IMG/VR virus record: IMGVR_UViG_3300008255_000132
Coordinates: 7,990 to 71,989 of that record
DNA from: a virus
Strand: one strand, 5' to 3'
DNA length: 64,000 nucleotides
The notes under the pieces are model-generated. The model was not told the DNA's origin. It ran no database searches and saw only the letters and a program-made list of their open reading frames with translations. Made by a program: the position numbers and the translations under genes. Shown piece after piece: positions 59,185 through 64,000 of the stretch (position 1 is its first letter; every line of letters starts with the position of its first letter).

Positions 59185-59790
59185 ATGTCAGTGAAAAAAG
59201 TTACATGGTTAGGCATCGGCACACTTCGCCCTCTGGCCATCCCTACGGGCCGGACTAAGACGATCCAGAGCGCACTCTTGACTGGTGCTGTGATGCGTCT
59301 CCACGGAGCCTATCTCGTGGTGCAGGACGCCCGTACGGGTTTGGTCGAGTTCCAGGGTAATCTGATCACCGAGGCTGCGGTACGTACGCTCAAAGGCTTT
59401 CGTGGTTACGCGCCGGGCGCGGCCCGCCCGGTACTGACCAATCTTCCTGAGCCTGAACACGTGCGACGTCCGGTAGTTACGCGACCACAGCACGGTGTAC
59501 TGGAGCCTGCGCCGGTATTGGAGCATGGGCCCAGTGTCGCGTCAGAGACTGAACCAGTGCTAGAACCCGTGCTGGAGCTGGACCCTGTTGTCACCGCAAT
59601 CGAGGCGGCGCCAACGCGCAAGCTACGCGAACTAGCAGGCATCAACGGGCTTCCGACGACCGGGGGTGCCCGGGTTTTGAGGGCTGCGCTGCTTGAGAAG
59701 CATGTTGTAGATGGCGTGATTCTCGAAGTCACCGGGATTCTTAATGTACCGACGCCTGCGTCTCTCGACGTGTTTGAGGACCTGATCTAG
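59185..59790 (+). CDS. Protein with C-terminal HeH/SAP/Rho-N-like domain
   Basis: PTRKLRELAGINGLPTTGGARVLRAALLE after an EPVL-repeat linker. Confidence 0.55.
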   Translation: MSVKKVTWLGIGTLRPLAIPTGRTKTIQSALLTGAVMRLHGAYLVVQDARTGLVEFQGNLITEAAVRTLKGFRGYAPGAARPVLTNLPEPEHVRRPVVTRPQHGVLEPAPVLEHGPSVASETEPVLEPVLELDPVVTAIEAAPTRKLRELAGINGLPTTGGARVLRAALLEKHVVDGVILEVTGILNVPTPASLDVFEDLI

Positions 59791-59804
59791 ACCAGGTGTA
59801 ATAA

Positions 59805-60377
59805 GTGTCTGAAGATCTATCAAAGCTAGTAAGTGCCCCGAAGACCCGGGTCGGGGTCAACGAAGGCCGGAGCGTGGTCGTACCTGGTTCGCTGGTGCGT
59901 ATGCTCAGATCCATGCTCGTGGATTACCCACAAACAAACGAGCTATTTGAGGGCGAAGAGAACAGTGATGAGAAGCTGGCGCGCTACCTCGTGCTTGCAT
60001 TCGACGACTGGAACTCAACACCACCGATTCTCAGGTACCAGCTGGCACCGATCGACGTAGTTGCTGTGACTGCTTTCTACCCGTTCCGGCCCTTAGTCCT
60101 GACATCGGCTCTATGTGCCGTGCTACAGAGCACGATGCTCAAGTTGGCACGCAACGATGTGCCGTACCAAGCCGGTAACGTGACAATGCAGCGCAACGCT
60201 CCGTGGCGTAACCTGATTGAGCTTCAGCGTCAGATCAAGCTAGAGAATGCGCAGCGGGTGACAGCTGCTAAGGTCAGCCTGAACGTAGCCGGCTTCTACG
60301 GCGACGGCGGGTACCGAGCTATGCTGACCGAACACTATGACGGCCTAGAGGCGGACGCGATCTCGGTGGTCATCTAA
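59805..60377 (+). CDS. Head-tail adaptor (neck) protein, putative
   Basis: LRSMLVDYP..NEL..SDE..AFDDWNSTPP..ARNDVPYQAGNV; gp6-like size and position after the capsid gene. Confidence 0.6.
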   Translation: MSEDLSKLVSAPKTRVGVNEGRSVVVPGSLVRMLRSMLVDYPQTNELFEGEENSDEKLARYLVLAFDDWNSTPPILRYQLAPIDVVAVTAFYPFRPLVLTSALCAVLQSTMLKLARNDVPYQAGNVTMQRNAPWRNLIELQRQIKLENAQRVTAAKVSLNVAGFYGDGGYRAMLTEHYDGLEADAISVVI

Positions 60378-60847
60378 TGAATATCAACGCATTTATTGAT
60401 GGCATGCTCAAGCACGCGGGCCTCCGGGATGTGGTCCAAGGCCAGGTCGACGGTTCGCACGCGCTTAGTGGCGTAGACCACGGGATCCGGCAGATCCTTG
60501 CTAGCCGTGAGCATGTGGATGACCGACTCGCGCACGGCCTGGCTGGCGCCGCGCAGTTTGGGATTCCAGCCACGGCCGCTGGCGCCTTGATCGGCGCGGG
60601 TTTGGCCATGCTCCTGGACAATGATCCGTTAGCTGGTGCGGGATTAGGTGCCGTGCTATTGGGGACGAGTTCAGCAGCGGTCGGCCAAGTGTCGGGTCAG
60701 CTTGATTCGGACGCCAATACGCTAGAACAAGCTGGACTAAAAGGCTCAATACCTAACCCTACACGATTCGCGCTACCATACCATATTGCTAGCTTGCTGG
60801 CCGACCCCGGCCACCTATCGGTAACTAAAACCAAATTACAGGACTAA
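60377..60847 (+). CDS. Gly-zipper membrane-like protein with N-terminal KHA leader
   Basis: NAFIDGMLKHAG, then AAGALIGAGLAML..LAGAGLGAVLLG. Confidence 0.65.
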   Translation: MNINAFIDGMLKHAGLRDVVQGQVDGSHALSGVDHGIRQILASREHVDDRLAHGLAGAAQFGIPATAAGALIGAGLAMLLDNDPLAGAGLGAVLLGTSSAAVGQVSGQLDSDANTLEQAGLKGSIPNPTRFALPYHIASLLADPGHLSVTKTKLQD

Positions 60848-60848
60848 C

Positions 60849-61226
60849 ATGAGCACGATTTATACCACGTTCTACGACGCCTTTGTGACTGAACTCGCCA
60901 AGCACGCGAGCGACGTAGACCCTGAGGTACGTGATGGTGCACGCAGCGCAGCGACCGTCGGCGGTGTGCTGGGGGCTGGTGTCATGTACTCAAAGAGCCG
61001 AGCTGGCAAATACAAGAAGGTGGAGACCCTGGGGTCTAAGGTGCGTCGATCTAGCGCCAAGACCCGTAAATTATTCGGCAATAACCCAGAATTGATCGTA
61101 CCGGCCAAGCGCAAAGTGGCTGCTGGGGTCGCGCGCTCGGCGGCTCGCTCAATCCCTGCGGGCCTCGCAGCAGCCTTTGTGGCCAAGAAAAGTTACGACG
61201 TATACCGCGCCGCTAATAAGGCTTGA
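60849..61226 (+). CDS. Basic Gly/Ala-rich protein with N-terminal KHA leader
   Basis: FYDAFVTELAKHAS, then ATVGGVLGAGVMY; Lys/Arg-rich. Confidence 0.65.
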   Translation: MSTIYTTFYDAFVTELAKHASDVDPEVRDGARSAATVGGVLGAGVMYSKSRAGKYKKVETLGSKVRRSSAKTRKLFGNNPELIVPAKRKVAAGVARSAARSIPAGLAAAFVAKKSYDVYRAANKA

Positions 61227-61693
61227 CGCACTTGAGGCCGCTAGTCCTAGGCTTCATTGAGAAGTTTTCAGAACTGTCGGCCGATCGTCAGCGGGCGTTG
61301 TCTGATGCCGAGTCTGGTGAGCTTATTCTAGCGTCACGCGGCGGGCAGCTTACTGGTGCTTTAGTTAGCTATAACGTATCTAAGCGGACGACCCGACGAG
61401 CGTTGGCCGGTCTAAGAGCTACCGGCGCTGGTGCGGCTAAAAAAAGGGCTAAAGGAGCCGCTTTGGCCATCAAGGCACTCGGGGCTATGGCTGGGTCTAC
61501 CGTCGGTGCTGGACTGACGTCACGTAAGATTATGTCGTCTATCCAGAACTACCGGAGGGGGCGTCTCCGTGGTGACCCGCCAGTCCCAGTCAAATACCGA
61601 ATCAAACAGGTCCAACGACAGATTGGCGCCGAGCTGCGGCAGGTAGAGAAGATTCCGCGATCGTACATATCGATCCACAATGCTAGTCAGTAA
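61223..61693 (+). CDS. Basic Gly/Ala-rich protein with N-terminal KxS leader
   Basis: TTG start; LGFIEKFSE; ALGAMAGSTVGAGL. Confidence 0.55.
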   Translation: MTHLRPLVLGFIEKFSELSADRQRALSDAESGELILASRGGQLTGALVSYNVSKRTTRRALAGLRATGAGAAKKRAKGAALAIKALGAMAGSTVGAGLTSRKIMSSIQNYRRGRLRGDPPVPVKYRIKQVQRQIGAELRQVEKIPRSYISIHNASQ

Positions 61694-62583
61694 TGGGCAC
61701 CACACTAGCGCGACTTCTTGATATCCACGTGTTCCAGCAATCGACCGATGCTCAGGTCGTTGGCTGGACCTACATCCCTGTTGGTGGAGCCCCGACCACG
61801 GGCGCCACCGTGCAGGTTGAGCGTTCCTATGTCCAGAATGATAGGTTCGAGACCCTAGATGCGGCTGTACCGGCGTCGCAGGGGTTCTATAAGGATACAT
61901 CGGTGATGCTGCACGACCAGTGGCGGCGTGTGTTCTATCGGTTGACTCTTGATGACGGTATCAATAGCCCAAAGCTGATCGGCACGTACTGGATCGAATA
62001 CGAGGTTCCAGGCCCTGCACGAGGTCTGATCCGGAACACTGAAGCATTGCTGAGACTTGGCGGTGTCCCAGTTATGATTTTCCAGCGCGTGTTTGATCTT
62101 GATGCTCGCTGCACGTGCTGGGACCCGGTTATGGGCATGGTCACTAGCTCGAGCTGTACTAGCTGCTTCGGAACCGGGTTTACTGGTGGTTATAACGCCC
62201 CAATCTTAACATTGGCCCAAATCCAGCCGGCCACTAAGCAGTCCGTGCCGGGTGATACGCTACGGCAACCGCGCATTACCGCGGGGCTATTCTCGAACTA
62301 CCCTATCCTCCGACCCAGAGACCTCGTGGTCGAGATCAACAAGGGCCGCCGGTACCGGGTAGGCTCCGTGGCTACGGCTGAGTACGGACGAATACTGATC
62401 AATCAATCGACACAGCTCGAAGCCCTTAACCCATCTGACGTCGAACATCAGATCGATCAGCCAGATCCGACGACCCTAACCCCCCTGTTGCGCAGGGTTG
62501 GTCCGGTCGAGCACAGACTGCTTCTATCCGACAATATTACGAGCCCTATAAGCACGCCAACTTTAACCGTGATCGATCTGTAG
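61693..62583 (+). CDS. Head-closure/neck protein with Cys cluster
   Basis: FN3-like N-terminus; RCTCWDP..CTSCFGTGFTGGY; YPILRPRDLVVE..RYRV. Confidence 0.6.
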   Translation: MGTTLARLLDIHVFQQSTDAQVVGWTYIPVGGAPTTGATVQVERSYVQNDRFETLDAAVPASQGFYKDTSVMLHDQWRRVFYRLTLDDGINSPKLIGTYWIEYEVPGPARGLIRNTEALLRLGGVPVMIFQRVFDLDARCTCWDPVMGMVTSSSCTSCFGTGFTGGYNAPILTLAQIQPATKQSVPGDTLRQPRITAGLFSNYPILRPRDLVVEINKGRRYRVGSVATAEYGRILINQSTQLEALNPSDVEHQIDQPDPTTLTPLLRRVGPVEHRLLLSDNITSPISTPTLTVIDL

Positions 62584-62622
62584 TGCGCAGGCCGTTGACC
62601 CGGCCGTAAGCTATTATCAAGA

Positions 62623-63894
62623 ATGGGTCTGTCTGAACAACGCTATTTCAATCGACTACGCCTAGCCCTTTACCCGGAGGGTGCCGGTCTGGTTGAGCCA
62701 TTGGATAAGGTGGCGACAGAGACCGGTTCAGGCCGTCAGCACTCGTCTCTTACAGACGACGAGCGCCTGCGGCGAGCTGTTACCAGGGGTGTTTTCATCG
62801 GTGGCAGCCTCGGAGCGTTATCGAGCGCCGCCATTAACATGGCTACGAATAAGAATTTTGGTCGACGTGCTGTGATTCTTAGATCGGGTGCAACATCTCT
62901 GGGCGGACCTACAGGGGTTCTAATCGGCGCCGGCGTCGGCGGCCTGATCCAACACAGGCGCCGATCAAAGCCATTGGATAAGGTGGCGACAGAGACCGGT
63001 TCAGGCCGTCAGCACTCGTTTCTTACCGAGGACCAGCCCACGCTGCGCTCGGCGGCCAAGGGTGCCCTCATCGGTGGCAGCATCGGATCGTTGGTAGGTA
63101 CCGCCTTTGATCTAGCTTCTAATAAGAAGTACAGCCCAGTGACTACGATTCTCCGATCGAGTGCCCGATCTCTGGGTGCGCCTGTTGGGACTATGATCGG
63201 CGCCGGTATTGGGTCGATTCAACAGCAGCGTAGTGGGTATAAGTCAACGGACGAGAAGGTTCTCAGAGGCTCTGCGCTAGCCGGGGCTGCGGCCGGTATT
63301 GCACACGGGCTTAGAATCAGCGGCGCTGGTAACCCGAAGTATACAGCCATATTAGGGTCGGTAGGCGCGGCGGCTGCGACGACAACGGCCGCCACCGGTA
63401 TGGCGCTGTACCGAGCCCTCGGGCGTCGCCGAGCGGGGCTGCCGATGGAGCTACGCCCAAATGCGGGCCCTGTCGGGTCTGTATTGGGCACTGCGGCGAC
63501 CGGAGCCGCCCTAGGTAAGGCGCTGGCCACACGCGTTGGTGTAAAGCAGCTGGTTCAGGCCCAGGCCACGAATAACCCGGCGAGTGCTGAACGCGTCACC
63601 AAGCTATTCTCGCGTAGAGCGTGGACCGAGGCTGGTCCGATGGCCTCTACTGCACGCCGTTCAGCCAAAGCCGTAGCTAAGGCTACACGCGCAAATGTAC
63701 GCGGTAATATCGCGTGGCATTTTAGGCCACTAGAACAAAAAGGGGCTCTTATTGGAGCAGCAGCTGGTGCCGGCCTGGCGTTGGGCCTACTAGCGGCTAA
63801 GTCACGTCGACGCAAGAACCAAAAAATACAAGATGAAACAATCGACGCCCGACGAACAAGACTTGATGCAGAAGATCGCAACGATTCTGCATGA
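62623..63894 (+). CDS. Basic multi-Gly-zipper protein with internal 91-aa duplication and KVA sites
   Basis: PLDKVATETGSGRQHS occurs twice; many GxxxG hydrophobic helices. Confidence 0.7.
   Translation: MGLSEQRYFNRLRLALYPEGAGLVEPLDKVATETGSGRQHSSLTDDERLRRAVTRGVFIGGSLGALSSAAINMATNKNFGRRAVILRSGATSLGGPTGVLIGAGVGGLIQHRRRSKPLDKVATETGSGRQHSFLTEDQPTLRSAAKGALIGGSIGSLVGTAFDLASNKKYSPVTTILRSSARSLGAPVGTMIGAGIGSIQQQRSGYKSTDEKVLRGSALAGAAAGIAHGLRISGAGNPKYTAILGSVGAAAATTTAATGMALYRALGRRRAGLPMELRPNAGPVGSVLGTAATGAALGKALATRVGVKQLVQAQATNNPASAERVTKLFSRRAWTEAGPMASTARRSAKAVAKATRANVRGNIAWHFRPLEQKGALIGAAAGAGLALGLLAAKSRRRKNQKIQDETIDARRTRLDAEDRNDSA
62696..63240 (+). repeat. Intragenic 273-bp duplication with a 51-bp identical head
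   Basis: 62696-62746 is identical to 62969-63019; the remainder of each unit is diverged but alignable. Confidence 0.9.
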
Positions 63895-64000
63895 CGACCG
63901 CACAGCTGGCCTACCTCAGAGCGTGTTTCTATCCGACGGCCTTGGGGCTCATGTCGACCTGGATCATGAGAAGTTGGTAGAGTCCTATGAGGATGTGTAC
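63866..64000 (+). CDS. 3'-truncated protein starting MQKIA
   Basis: ATG 63866 is open to the window end (MQKIATILHDDRTAG..EDVY) and begins with the KxA motif. Confidence 0.55.
   Translation, partial: MQKIATILHDDRTAGLPQSVFLSDGLGAHVDLDHEKLVESYEDVY

Noticed and set aside
394-63881. Many minus-strand and nested ORFs in the track
   Set aside because: They are shadows of long plus-strand genes in GC-rich DNA with no recognisable motifs.
63891-63980. Frameshifted paralog of the 62623 gene (LRACFYP resembles LRLALYP)
   Set aside because: An overlapping frame from ATG 63866 (MQKIA..) is open to the window end and explains the region without a frameshift.
1-64000. Stop-codon reassignment
   Set aside because: The standard code already gives near-complete coding density, and TAA, TAG and TGA all end genes that abut downstream starts.

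Overview
All 64 kb is one densely packed, plus-strand virion-morphogenesis region of a large, probably jumbo and contractile-tailed, dsDNA phage (Caudoviricetes). GC is in the high 50s % by eye. Layout: (1) 1-34 kb: giant baseplate, fibre and adhesin genes with LamG, Ig/IPT, collar and beta-helix domains, plus a thioredoxin-like gene. (2) 34-47 kb: head-associated genes, a Zn-finger-containing portal, a single-chain beta::beta' RNA polymerase (2041 aa), a gp5/VgrG-like spike and a PAAR tip. (3) 47-64 kb: terminase, prohead protease, scaffold-like genes, decoration protein, major capsid, neck proteins and basic Gly-zipper proteins. Strongest unexplained signals: a hydrophobic-x-K-x-(A/G/S) motif repeated dozens of times in about 20 head-module proteins (candidate protease-processing or capsid-cargo code); the compact fused RNAP placed inside the structural module; and Ser-Pro dipeptides in one 1510-aa virion protein that use AGY-CCN codons in all 28 cases counted. 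No rRNA, tRNA, CRISPR array, integrase or transposase was recognised. All calls come from motif recognition by eye and all counts are manual; no database search was run.
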